Origin: Gammaproteobacteria bacterium
GTDB lineage: Bacteria; Pseudomonadota; Gammaproteobacteria; JAKEHO01
Reading direction: 5' to 3'
Length of the DNA: 64,000 nt
NCBI GenBank assembly: GCA_022614965.1
Contig: JAKEHO010000116.1
Location: 5,399-69,398, forward strand
Shown: positions 45,695-55,126 of the stretch, one piece after another
Layout of the letters: each line of letters opens with the position of its first letter
Numbering within the stretch: the stretch's first letter is position 1
Program-made: the position numbers and the translations under genes
Notes under the pieces: model-generated
Databases searched by the model: none
The model's input: only the letters and a program-made list of their open reading frames with translations
What the model was told of the DNA's origin: nothing

Positions 45695-46282
45695 CTAAGG
45701 ACCACCAGAGGGAAAGGTGACGGGCGCAGGCGCGGTAGGCAGTGGAGTCGGTGTTGGTGTCGGAAGCAATATAGAATGACGCAAGAGATGGAATTCGGAA
45801 GGGGGGGAACTTGCGATGGCCTTGCCATCGGAGTCAATGACCTTGGCTTCGAGGGTATGTGTGCCCCGGTCCATATTGATCAGGCTAAACTGAGTCGCCG
45901 TGCCCGGTTCAGAAACCTGTGCGCCATCGACAAATAACGCGATCCTATGGCCCAACGTGGTTTGCAGGGCCGGCTCTAGGGCCACCGTCACCGTGACGTT
46001 CCCCGCGTTTTCTCTGACGGCGGCATCGTTCTCGGGACTTACGATGGCCACCTGTTCGTAGCCTGGGAACTCCGGTGGCGGTGGTACTTCCTTTGCTGTG
46101 ATCGGCGCAACGGGTGGCGCCTGTATGGTCTGAATCTCCCTCATCTCGATGGCTTCCGCGCCGGGTTGCGGCTTATCCGAATAGACTACGTTTCCATTTT
46201 CATCGACCCATCGATACACGGCGGCCGATGCTGACAAGGAAAGCCCAAGAGCAAGGATCAAGAACAACAATAAGACACGCAT
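45695..46282 (-). CDS. secreted DUF4124-like protein, copy 1
   Basis: Signal peptide MRVLLLFLILALGLSLSASA, then VYRWVDENGNVVYSDKPQPGAE, a Pro-rich linker and a beta-sandwich-like domain. Confidence 0.8.
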   Translation of the reverse strand: MRVLLLFLILALGLSLSASAAVYRWVDENGNVVYSDKPQPGAEAIEMREIQTIQAPPVAPITAKEVPPPPEFPGYEQVAIVSPENDAAVRENAGNVTVTVALEPALQTTLGHRIALFVDGAQVSEPGTATQFSLINMDRGTHTLEAKVIDSDGKAIASSPPSEFHLLRHSILLPTPTPTPLPTAPAPVTFPSGGP

Positions 46283-46316
46283 GGATCCAGCATGATCAAT
46301 GCTAAAAGGGTCGCAT

Positions 46317-46835
46317 TCAGACACGTAAGAGATGGAAGACGATTCGCTCGGAACCCTTGATGACCTGGCCATCGGAACCGATGACCTTGGCCTCTAGGGT
46401 ATGCGTGCCCCGGTCCATATTGTTCAGGTTAAACTGGGTCGTCGTACCCGGTTCTGAAATCTGCGCGCCATCCACGAACAAGGCGAGCTTGTGTCCCATT
46501 GTGGTCTGCAAAGCAGGCTCGACCGCGACAGTCACCGTCACATTCCCCGCGTTCTCTCTGACAGCAGCATCGTTCTCGGGACTCACCACGGCAACGCGTT
46601 TGTAACCTGCAAACCCCGTTTTTGCCGATGTCTCTGTCTCTGATTTGGGTGTAATTGGGGCAACAGGCGGCGCATCGATGGTTTGAATGTCCTTTTTCTG
46701 AATGGCTTCCGCTCCGGGTTGCAGCTTGTCCGAATAGACAACATTGCCGTTCTCATCGACCCATCGATATACGACGGCCGAGACTGAAAAGGAAAGCACA
46801 AGACCAAAGATCAAGAACGACAACAAGCTACGCAT
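46317..46835 (-). CDS. secreted DUF4124-like protein, copy 2
   Basis: Signal peptide MRSLLSFLIFGLVLSFSVSA, then VYRWVDENGNVVYSDKLQPGAE. Collinear with copy 1 throughout. Confidence 0.8.
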   Translation of the reverse strand: MRSLLSFLIFGLVLSFSVSAVVYRWVDENGNVVYSDKLQPGAEAIQKKDIQTIDAPPVAPITPKSETETSAKTGFAGYKRVAVVSPENDAAVRENAGNVTVTVAVEPALQTTMGHKLALFVDGAQISEPGTTTQFNLNNMDRGTHTLEAKVIGSDGQVIKGSERIVFHLLRV

Positions 46836-47009
46836 AGAATTTAGGATAACCAATGCTTGAACGGCCCTCAAGTAAAGACCTCGCAAACCCCGATCGGTTC
46901 CTGCTCAATATACCCGATGAGGCTACCCCAGGTGCCGGGTTATGATTCCTAGCCTCTAGAAAAGTCTAAAAAGTCGAGGACAAAGAAATTGACCAAACCG
47001 GAAACGAAG

Positions 47010-47035
47010 GCGGCCGGCGCCTTGCCGCCGGCCGC
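47010..47035 (-). terminator. GC-rich hairpin downstream of glnA
   Basis: 10-bp stem GCGGCCGGCG/CGCCGGCCGC with a 6-nt loop, 10 nt after the glnA stop. The minus strand continues TTCGTTTCCGGTTTGG, a weak T tract. Confidence 0.5.
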
Positions 47036-47044
47036 GTATGGGGA

Positions 47045-48457
47045 TCAAACATCGAAATACAGGTAATACTCCCACGGATGTGGCCGCAAGCGCATCTCCG
47101 TGATCTCTTTGGTGCGCTTATAGTTGATCCACATATCAATGAGATCCTGAGTAAAGACATTGCCCTTTAGCAGGAAGGCGTGGTCTTTTTCCAGCGCGTC
47201 CATGGCTTCCTCCAGAGATCCCGGCACTGTCTTGACCTTACGCCGGATCTTTTCCGGAAGCTCGTACATATTTTGATCGATGGGTTCGCCCGGGTCCATC
47301 TCGTGCTCGATCCCATCCAAGCCAGCCATAAGCATTGCTGGAAACAGCAAGTAAGGATTGGCCGCTGTATCAGGCGGTCGGAACTCGATGCGTTTAGCCG
47401 CCGGGGTCTCATTGTAGACGGGGATGCGTATCGCTGCGCTCCGATTACGTTGTGAATAGGCAAGATTGACGGGCGCTTCGAAACCCGGCACGAGGCGCTT
47501 ATACGAATTGGTAGTCGGGGCGGCGATAGCCATTAAAGCGGAAGCGTGTTTGAGCAGGCCACCGATATACCATCTGCACAGTTTTGATGTGAGCGCGTAG
47601 CCCGATTTATCGTAAAACAGGTTGGTACCACCCTTGCCCAGGCTCTGGTGGACATGCATGCCGCTTGCATTGTCAGCAAATAGCGGCTTTGGCATAAATG
47701 TGGCGACCTTGCCATGCTTGCGGGCCGAGTTCTTCACCATGTACTTATACTTCATGACATTGTCTGCCATCCGCACAAGCGAGGTAAAACGCATATCGAT
47801 CTCATTTTGTCCGGCAGTTGCCACCTCGTGATGGTGAACCTCGACGGGTACGCCCGCCGCTACCAGATTGAGGACGATTTCGGAGCGAATGTCCTGCAGG
47901 GTGTCATGCGGAGGAAGTGGGAAATAGCCTTCCTTGTAGCGCGGTTTATAAGCGAGGTTCGGATTTTCCTCGCGGCCCGAATTCCACGCCCCCTCAACCG
48001 AATCAATATAGTAGTAGCCGCAGTGTTGGTTCTGATCGAACCGGGCATCGTCAAAGATAAAGAATTCCAGCTCGGGTCCGAAATACGCCGTATCGGCAAT
48101 CCCAGTCGACTTGAGATACGTCTCGGCCTTTTTCGCTACGTACCTGGGACTGCGCGTATAGGGCTTAAGCCCCGGATGGAGAACATCACAGATAACAGCA
48201 AGCGTCGGAAATCCAAAATACGGATCAACGAAGGCCGAATCCGCATCAGGCAATAGCACCATATCGGATTCATGGATCTCCTGGAAACCGCGGATTGAGG
48301 AGCCGTCAAAACCAATCCCATCTGCAAACAAGCCCTCGTTGATCTCATCCGTGGTTACGGAAAAGTGCTGCCATAAGCCGGGTACATCAGTGAAGCGCAA
48401 ATCCACGATTTTGATGCCGTGTTTTTTAATTAGATCCTGAAGTTTCGCAAGCGACAT
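47045..48457 (-). CDS. glnA: glutamine synthetase type I
   Basis: DLRFTD, SGMHVHQS and the adenylylation-loop NMYELP blocks. AGGAGG lies 9 nt before the ATG at 48457. Confidence 0.96.
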   Translation of the reverse strand: MSLAKLQDLIKKHGIKIVDLRFTDVPGLWQHFSVTTDEINEGLFADGIGFDGSSIRGFQEIHESDMVLLPDADSAFVDPYFGFPTLAVICDVLHPGLKPYTRSPRYVAKKAETYLKSTGIADTAYFGPELEFFIFDDARFDQNQHCGYYYIDSVEGAWNSGREENPNLAYKPRYKEGYFPLPPHDTLQDIRSEIVLNLVAAGVPVEVHHHEVATAGQNEIDMRFTSLVRMADNVMKYKYMVKNSARKHGKVATFMPKPLFADNASGMHVHQSLGKGGTNLFYDKSGYALTSKLCRWYIGGLLKHASALMAIAAPTTNSYKRLVPGFEAPVNLAYSQRNRSAAIRIPVYNETPAAKRIEFRPPDTAANPYLLFPAMLMAGLDGIEHEMDPGEPIDQNMYELPEKIRRKVKTVPGSLEEAMDALEKDHAFLLKGNVFTQDLIDMWINYKRTKEITEMRLRPHPWEYYLYFDV

Positions 48458-48655
48458 GATCAAATTCCTCCTGTTCTTATGAGCCGCACGGGGCGACTTG
48501 TGCCTATCAAGTATTCAACATGCAGATCGGGGAGTAACAGACGACTGCGCGATGCCTATGCGCCTGATTGCGACTGACGACTGGGCAGTTGAGAATCGAC
48601 CCCCCTTCCCTTACCGCGTTTACGGCCCCATCATCCAGCGATACCAGGCATTTTT

Positions 48656-48671
48656 CGCATAATATATGCCA
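48656..48671 (-). promoter_or_regulatory. candidate sigma54 (-24/-12) promoter for glnA
   Basis: Minus strand reads TGGCATATATTATGCG, with GG and GC at the canonical spacing (TGGCAC-N5-TTGC). It lies about 190 nt upstream of the glnA ATG. Confidence 0.6.
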
Positions 48672-48732
48672 CGCATGGGCCGCCTTAACTCTTTTAAAAA
48701 CAATAAGTTAGTACGACCGATGCAAGGCCAAG

Positions 48733-48749
48733 TGCACTACGTTGGGGCG
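48733..48749. promoter_or_regulatory. NtrC-like enhancer site (proximal)
   Basis: TGCACTAcgtTGGGGCG matches 11 of 14 specified positions of TGCACCA-N3-TGGTGCA. It is centred about 97 bp upstream of the inferred sigma54 start. Confidence 0.5.
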
Positions 48750-48763
48750 AGCCTGCTGCTCTT

Positions 48764-48780
48764 CGCACTATTATTGTGCG
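48764..48780. promoter_or_regulatory. NtrC-like enhancer site (distal)
   Basis: CGCACTAttaTTGTGCG, a GCAC-N7-GTGC dyad matching 10 of 14 positions. It is 31 bp centre-to-centre from the proximal site. Confidence 0.45.
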
Positions 48781-48969
48781 CGCTATTATAATCGACCGCG
48801 GCCCTAATGCACACGCTCGCAAGCACGATGCGCGCCGTGCGTCAAAGACAAGACGGGCCGCCTGTGGGCTCTATTTGCGTCCCTCTCAATAAAAGAAAAG
48901 CCACCTCCACTCGCACCCCACTTTGGCAAAACGGCCCTCAGGGCACGAAAGCTCAAGAGCTTGGCAATG

Positions 48970-49632
48970 CTATCGACGCCCATAGGCGATGAGGTGCCGA
49001 TCCGAAATCATCTCCACCGTGAAATGAGCAAGCCCCGCATCCACAACTTGCCGCCGGACTTCGTCCGGGCGATAGGCAGCACGCAGCGAATTGTAGAAAT
49101 CACGCCTCAAGATCTCCGGCTCAGATGCCGCATATAGCTCGACGAGCTGTGCAGCCTCCTTTGAACTCTGTGGACGAGCTAGGTCCATGATAAACACCGG
49201 AGCACCCTCCCGTGCGTACATTCGCACAGCTTCCCAAAGCACCAGGGGGTCATTCAGGTGGTGCAACAGGCTATTGCAAATGAGGGCGTCATAGCGCCCG
49301 GGCGTCAATCCTGCCCCTGGCAGGTATCCGTGTAATAAGCGAATACGATCTTGAAGGCCCTCTCCGGCGACAGCTTCTTGGCCGAACCGAAGCATGGGCA
49401 TTGCACCATCCACCCCATCGAGGCGGCACTTAGAAAAAGCGCGGGCGAATCGGACCGTGATATCCGCTGCCCCACAACCTAAATCCAGCACATGGCCTTC
49501 GATTACCTCATCAGGAAACACCGCCCTGAACTTGTCAACAAACATCGAATGTGGCAGAGAGAAGTCTGCCTGAGCGTAGGCTTGGGCCTGTGCGGGGTCA
49601 TTCATCAGCTCAGGCTCAGGCACACGTTCCAT
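48970..49632 (-). CDS. class I SAM-dependent methyltransferase
   Basis: HVLDLGCGAADIT motif I and a Rossmann-like continuation. Overlaps the lysA 3' end by 17 nt. Confidence 0.8.
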   Translation of the reverse strand: MERVPEPELMNDPAQAQAYAQADFSLPHSMFVDKFRAVFPDEVIEGHVLDLGCGAADITVRFARAFSKCRLDGVDGAMPMLRFGQEAVAGEGLQDRIRLLHGYLPGAGLTPGRYDALICNSLLHHLNDPLVLWEAVRMYAREGAPVFIMDLARPQSSKEAAQLVELYAASEPEILRRDFYNSLRAAYRPDEVRRQVVDAGLAHFTVEMISDRHLIAYGRR

Positions 49633-50887
49633 TCGGGTACGACGGCAGCAGGTATTCCCCGGCCATTAAATCGGCCAGTGACTCACGTCTTCGCACAAGA
49701 TGCGCGTTCTCGCCATCCACCATCACCTCGGCAACGCGGGGACGAGAATTGTAGTTTGAGCTCATGCAGAATCCGTAGGCCCCAGCCGAACGCACGGCAA
49801 GAAGATCCCCAGCCCGCACACTGAGCTCTCGCTCTTTACCGAGCCGATCGGCACTCTCACATACAGGCCCCACAATGTCGTAACGCTCTCTGGAGCGTAT
49901 GCGACCTGTCACCACCGGGACGATGTCATGCCAGGCATCGTACATGGCAGGGCGTGCCAAGTCATTCATGGCAGCATCCACGATGACAAAGTTCTTTTGC
50001 GCAGTGTGTTTGAGATATTCGATCTTGGTTAACAGCAGGCCAGCGTGGCCCGCAATCGCGCGTCCCGGTTCGATGACGATTGCGTAGGGCCGACCCTCAA
50101 GTTCCGCGAGTACTGATGCGCCATACTCAGCGGGCGTCGGCGGATGCTCATCATGATAGCGGAGCCCGAGACCGCCACCGATGTCAATGTGCTTTAACGT
50201 GATCCCCTCAGATTCCAGTTCCTCCATGAGCTTCAAAAGGCGTCGCAATGCGTCCAGGAACGGTTCCATATCCGTGATCTGTGAACCGATATGGAAGCCC
50301 ACACCGACGATATCGACGTTGGCCGTCGTACTCGACTCTGCAAAGATGGCACGCGCGCTTGTGATGGGGATCCCAAATTTACTTTCGTTAAGACCGGTGG
50401 CAATGTGCGGATGCGTTTTGGCATCGACGTCTGGATTGACGCGTAGTGATACTGGCGCACGCAATCCCATGTGGCCTGCGAGCTGATCAAGTCGTTGAAG
50501 CTCCTCACGTGACTCTACGTTAAAACAGCGAATGCCCGTTTCCAAGGCCCGCTGCATCTCATCGGTGCGTTTGCCGACGCCGGAAAACACAACGTTGGCC
50601 GGATCTCCCCCGGCTTTTACCACGCGCTCAAGCTCCCCTATAGAGACAATGTCGAAGCCCGATCCCAGTTGCGCCAAAATATTCAATACAGCAAGGGTGG
50701 AATTGGCCTTTACCGCATAGCAGATCAAATGATGGGCGCCGGCAAAGGCTTCATCGAAAGCGCGCCACTGCTCTTCGATGGCGGCCCTCGAGTAGACATA
50801 ACAGGGTGTACCATACCTCTCGGCGATCTCAGTCAGTGCGACCCCCTCGGCGTAAAGATGACCGTCGCGGGTATTAAATGGGTCCAT
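49616..50887 (-). CDS. lysA: diaminopimelate decarboxylase
   Basis: PLP-lysine context ICYAVKAN, then DIGGGLG and CESAD blocks. Confidence 0.94.
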   Translation of the reverse strand: MDPFNTRDGHLYAEGVALTEIAERYGTPCYVYSRAAIEEQWRAFDEAFAGAHHLICYAVKANSTLAVLNILAQLGSGFDIVSIGELERVVKAGGDPANVVFSGVGKRTDEMQRALETGIRCFNVESREELQRLDQLAGHMGLRAPVSLRVNPDVDAKTHPHIATGLNESKFGIPITSARAIFAESSTTANVDIVGVGFHIGSQITDMEPFLDALRRLLKLMEELESEGITLKHIDIGGGLGLRYHDEHPPTPAEYGASVLAELEGRPYAIVIEPGRAIAGHAGLLLTKIEYLKHTAQKNFVIVDAAMNDLARPAMYDAWHDIVPVVTGRIRSRERYDIVGPVCESADRLGKERELSVRAGDLLAVRSAGAYGFCMSSNYNSRPRVAEVMVDGENAHLVRRRESLADLMAGEYLLPSYPNGTCA

Positions 50888-50892
50888 GTTGG

Positions 50893-51039
50893 CTAACGGA
50901 TGCGGAAGATATTTAAAACCGTTTGATCTTCCTCAGGATGGTAAAGGTTTCCCTTCTGACCGCAGCCTGCGAGCAGGATCCCTAAGGCGAACGCGGCGAT
51001 CGCGAGCCATCCTGCGTATCGGAACAGCCGCCTATTCAT
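50893..51039 (-). CDS. lptM: small lipoprotein LptM (YifL family), 48 aa; not in the ORF track
   Basis: Hand translation: MNRRLFRYAGWLAIAAFALGILLAGCGQKGNLYHPEEDQTVLNIFRIR. Lipobox LAGC followed by the family signature GQKGxLY. Lies directly upstream of lysA, as is usual. Confidence 0.8.
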   Translation of the reverse strand: MNRRLFRYAGWLAIAAFALGILLAGCGQKGNLYHPEEDQTVLNIFRIR

Positions 51040-51247
51040 GTACGTGTCTCCCGGTATCTTTCCTCGATGTTACCGGAGAATAACAAAAATTCTTGCGCGA
51101 TTGCCATGACAAGCTCGATGTCCGCTCCAGCAACATCGTTGGCGGGACTGCCAGTAGCCTATTCTAGGCGGTTTTAAACCCCTTGCAGCCGAGACGACCA
51201 AACTGCGAGGATACCGCCCCGTCAGTCAACACGGATCATACCTCACC

Positions 51248-51919
51248 ATGCAGAGCCCCCTCGACGCCGTCGTGATCCCCTCCGCAAGCGCGCACAAGAC
51301 CAGTGTCATCTGGCTACACGGCTTGGGAGCCGACGGCCATGACTTTGAGCCGATTGTACCCGAGCTTAAGCTCCCGGCAGATCACGGCATCCAGTTTATC
51401 TTTCCACACGCCCCATACAGAGCGATCACCATTAATGGCGGTCTCACCATGCGGGCCTGGTACGATGTGAAGGATCCGAACCTTACAAAATGTGAAGACG
51501 TAGAAGGTATAACGGATTCATCCCGGATCTTGACTGAGTTCATTGACGCAGAACGTGGCCGCGGGATCGCCGCCAATAAGATCTTGCTGGCAGGATTTTC
51601 TCAAGGTGGTGCCATTGCCTTGCATACGGCATTGAGGTTTCCGTATCGACTTGCAGGTGTGCTCGCGCTATCTACCTATCTGCCGATGGCTTCTCAACTG
51701 AGAGAAGAAGTACACCCAGCGAACTCGGGTATCCCAATATTTATGGCCCACGGGAAGGCCGATCCGGTTATTCCCCTCTTTCAGGGCCTTCGGTCTTTTG
51801 AGCAATTGAAAAAGATGAATTACATGATCGAGTGGCACGTTTATCCTATGCTGCACGCCGTGTGCCCGCAGGAACTCGCTGAGATAAGTAGCTGGTTACA
51901 ACATCAATTGACGCAGTAA
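51248..51919 (+). CDS. alpha/beta hydrolase, carboxylesterase/phospholipase family
   Basis: Nucleophile elbow GFSQGG, with downstream Asp and His (HGKADPVIP, YPMLHAV). Confidence 0.85.
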   Translation: MQSPLDAVVIPSASAHKTSVIWLHGLGADGHDFEPIVPELKLPADHGIQFIFPHAPYRAITINGGLTMRAWYDVKDPNLTKCEDVEGITDSSRILTEFIDAERGRGIAANKILLAGFSQGGAIALHTALRFPYRLAGVLALSTYLPMASQLREEVHPANSGIPIFMAHGKADPVIPLFQGLRSFEQLKKMNYMIEWHVYPMLHAVCPQELAEISSWLQHQLTQ

Positions 51920-51933
51920 CGCCCTATGCCCTA

Positions 51934-53229
51934 TCAGCGTGCGCGGTATTGGGCCCTTGTCTTATGTCCCCTCGTTCGCTTCTTTTGAGACGTCCGTGAT
52001 TTCGGTCTGCGCACCACGGTTTGATACCGTTTAAGCCCCGCTGGCGGTTTTGGAGTGATAAGCAGGTCATCCGTGATGCTTGCAACAGGTAGTTTATGAC
52101 CAATGAACGCTTCAATATCCATCAACGAATACACATATTCTTCGCAGGCAAAGCTGACTGCATCACCGCTAGCACCCGCACGCGCCGTCCGCCCAATCCG
52201 ATGCACATAGTCCTCGCCATTTTGTGGAAGGTCAAAATTGAAAATATGGCTAACGTCGGTGATGTGCAGCCCCCGAGCCGCAAGGTCCGTAGCCACCAAG
52301 ATTGGGACGTCTCCCCGGGCGAACTGTGCCATAAGCGTTTGCCGTTTTCGCTGAGGGACATCCCCTGAGAGCATCGCCGCATGAAATCCATTGCCCTCCA
52401 AATAGGCCCAAACCTTCTCAGCGCTCCGCTTCGTGTTAACAAAAACAATGGTTCGTGTCGGATCGATACGCTTTAGCAACCCAAGTAACAGGGGAATTTT
52501 TTCTTGTGTCCCAAGGTGATAGAGAACATGGGATACGTTATCGGCTGCGACCCTCTCTGGATTGATCCTCACAATTTCGGGGTTATTCATATGTTCATAC
52601 GCCAATTCGGTCACGCGCAGCGATAGCGTTGCGGAAAATAACATGTTCAAGCGCCGTTCAGGTTTCGGCATGCGCCGTAATAGGTAGCGAATGTCACGAA
52701 TGAAGCCTAGATCAAACATGCGGTCTGCCTCATCCAAGACCGCAACTTCGATGGCCTTGAGATCGAAGACACCCTGTTTGTAATAATCAATCAGGCGCCC
52801 AGGCGTACCGATGAGTATGTCAACGCCGTCTTCCAACATTCCCCGCTGGCGTTCATAGTCCACACCACCATAGACAAGAGCAAGGGACAATGGCGTATAC
52901 TGTCCAAGTTCTATCGCATCCCTGTGAATTTGTATGGCTAACTCACGCGTGGGCGATAGGATCAGGGCACGCGGTTGATTCCGTTTCCGGCCAACAGGAC
53001 TGTGGCTCATTAGCAACCGATCCATCGTAGCCAATAGAAAGGCTGCCGTCTTACCCGTGCCGGTCTGTGCCTGACCAGCTACGTCTTTACCCGAGAGCAT
53101 GAGCGGCAGGGATACGGCCTGAATTGGCGTGCAATGGGAAAAGCCAACCGCAACGAGCGCTTTCAGAAGCGCGGGATGCAAGGAAAATTCAGCAAATCGT
53201 ACGTCAGTCAGATGTTGCGTCGCCATCAA
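51934..53229 (-). CDS. rhlB: DEAD-box ATP-dependent RNA helicase RhlB
   Basis: AQTGTGKT, DEAD and SAT motifs plus a basic C-terminal tail. Divergent from trxA-rho, as in enterobacteria. Confidence 0.9.
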   Translation of the reverse strand: MMATQHLTDVRFAEFSLHPALLKALVAVGFSHCTPIQAVSLPLMLSGKDVAGQAQTGTGKTAAFLLATMDRLLMSHSPVGRKRNQPRALILSPTRELAIQIHRDAIELGQYTPLSLALVYGGVDYERQRGMLEDGVDILIGTPGRLIDYYKQGVFDLKAIEVAVLDEADRMFDLGFIRDIRYLLRRMPKPERRLNMLFSATLSLRVTELAYEHMNNPEIVRINPERVAADNVSHVLYHLGTQEKIPLLLGLLKRIDPTRTIVFVNTKRSAEKVWAYLEGNGFHAAMLSGDVPQRKRQTLMAQFARGDVPILVATDLAARGLHITDVSHIFNFDLPQNGEDYVHRIGRTARAGASGDAVSFACEEYVYSLMDIEAFIGHKLPVASITDDLLITPKPPAGLKRYQTVVRRPKSRTSQKKRTRGHKTRAQYRAR

Positions 53230-53325
53230 ATCACCGCATAGCGTAACCTGCCCCTATGTCGGGCTTGCAATTGAGAGACAATTTCGCTGAAATGATCGTC
53301 ATAAGACAACGGAGGACCTAACTAG

Positions 53326-53652
53326 GTGGGCGAACGCATTGTTCATGTTACCGATGCCACCTTCGAAGATGAAGTACTCAAATCTGAGACCCCAGTCATT
53401 GTAGACTACTGGGCAGAATGGTGTGCCCCCTGTAAAATGATCACCCCAATCCTCGAAGAGATCTCGGAACAGTACGCGGGCAGGCTGACAGTAGCCAAGA
53501 TGAATATCGACGAAAACCCGGATACGCCACCTAAATATGGCATTCGCGGCATTCCCACTTTAATGATTTTCAAGGGTGGCAACGTTGCGGGAACCAAAAT
53601 TGGTGCCCTGTCTAAATCCCAATTGACGGCCTTTGTGGACAGTACCATATGA
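53326..53652 (+). CDS. trxA: thioredoxin 1 with WCAPC active site
   Basis: Collinear with TrxA ([14 protein letters not shown]..., [14 protein letters not shown]). The active site reads tgg tgt gcc ccc tgt, which is W-C-A-P-C. Confidence 0.9.
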   Translation: MGERIVHVTDATFEDEVLKSETPVIVDYWAEWCAPCKMITPILEEISEQYAGRLTVAKMNIDENPDTPPKYGIRGIPTLMIFKGGNVAGTKIGALSKSQLTAFVDSTI

Positions 53653-53833
53653 AGTATCGCGCCCATGCTAATCGGGCTGGACGCGACCCTTTTGACATGC
53701 TATTTTAACATCAAAGGCGACACGACCTGTCCCAACCATTCCCTCTGATTAATTTTTATTTACTTACCCGATTCCATCGATGTGGGCGTTGACGCGTCCT
53801 TAGTTACTTATTCGACAGTACGCTCGTGAGGCT

Positions 53834-55090
53834 ATGAATCTCACCGAACTTAAGCAGAAACCCGCTGCCGCACTGATTGATATCTCGGAGACGCTTGGTC
53901 TCGAGGGATTGGCTCGCTCCCGAAAACAAGATGTCATCTTCGAAATACTCAAAGCCCACGCAAGAAAAGGTGAAGATATCTACGGCGATGGGGTTTTGGA
54001 GATTCTCCAGGATGGTTTTGGATTCTTGCGTTCAGCTGACAGCTCCTATCTTGCAGGGCCAGACGACATCTATGTGTCACCCAGCCAGATCCGGAGATTC
54101 AATCTGCGCACGGGGGATAGCATCTCCGGCAAGATCCGCCCCCCCAAGGATGGAGAGCGTTATTTCGCCCTGCTCAAGGTAAACGAAATTAACTTCGAAC
54201 CACCAGAGAACACCAAGAACAAAATACTCTTTGAGAACCTCACTCCTCTTTTCGCTCATCAACGCCTGACCCTCGAACTCGGCAACGGAAGCACAGAGGA
54301 CCACACTCCTCGCATCATCGACCTCGTCGCGCCCATCGGCAAAGGGCAGCGTGGTCTCATCGTCTCTCCGCCGAAGGCCGGAAAGACCATGATGCTTCAG
54401 AGCATCGCCCAGTCGATCACCCACAATCACCCGGAATGCTATCTAATTGTCCTATTGATCGACGAGCGCCCCGAAGAGGTCACGGAAATGGCACGCTCAG
54501 TGCGCGGTGAGGTCGTCTCAAGTACCTTCGATGAGCCGGCCAGCCGACACGTTCAGGTGGCGGAAATGGTCATCGAAAAGGCCAAGCGACTAGTAGAGCA
54601 TAAACTGGACGCCGTCATTCTGCTCGATTCCATCACAAGACTCGCACGGGCCTACAATACAGTCGTCCCTGCCTCCGGAAAGGTGCTTACGGGAGGTGTT
54701 GACGCCAATGCGCTACAGCGTCCGAAACGATTCTTTGGCGCAGCACGTAACATCGAAGAAGGCGGCAGTTTGACCATCATCGCCACTGCTCTCATTGACA
54801 CCGGCTCAAGGATGGACGATGTGATCTACGAAGAATTCAAGGGCACTGGCAACAATGAAATCCATCTAGACCGGAAGATAGCCGAAAAGCGCATCTACCC
54901 CTCCATTAACATCAACCGCTCAGGGACCCGCCGGGAAGAACTCCTCACCAGCCCGGATGAGCTGCAAAAGATTTGGATACTTCGCAAGCTCCTCCATCCT
55001 ATGGATGAAATAGCGGCCATGGAATTCATGATTGAGCGGCTCAAGGCAACAAAAACTAACGCTGCATTCTTTGAATCGATGAAGCGTTAG
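53834..55090 (+). CDS. rho: transcription termination factor Rho
   Basis: N-terminal MNLTELK, the RNA-binding FGFLR block and Walker A PPKAGKT. Confidence 0.97.
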   Translation: MNLTELKQKPAAALIDISETLGLEGLARSRKQDVIFEILKAHARKGEDIYGDGVLEILQDGFGFLRSADSSYLAGPDDIYVSPSQIRRFNLRTGDSISGKIRPPKDGERYFALLKVNEINFEPPENTKNKILFENLTPLFAHQRLTLELGNGSTEDHTPRIIDLVAPIGKGQRGLIVSPPKAGKTMMLQSIAQSITHNHPECYLIVLLIDERPEEVTEMARSVRGEVVSSTFDEPASRHVQVAEMVIEKAKRLVEHKLDAVILLDSITRLARAYNTVVPASGKVLTGGVDANALQRPKRFFGAARNIEEGGSLTIIATALIDTGSRMDDVIYEEFKGTGNNEIHLDRKIAEKRIYPSININRSGTRREELLTSPDELQKIWILRKLLHPMDEIAAMEFMIERLKATKTNAAFFESMKR

Positions 55091-55126
55091 TATTCGGAAA
55101 GCGTATCTCCCGGTATCACCCGAAAC

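Larger units (their letters stand above)
45695..46835 (-). repeat. tandem gene duplication (two ~0.55-kb units)
   Basis: By-eye alignment of 45840-46060 with 46380-46600 gives roughly 80% nucleotide identity. Examples are GTGCCCCGGTCCATATTG and CCCCGCGTT(T/C)TCTCTGAC, present in both copies. Confidence 0.8.
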
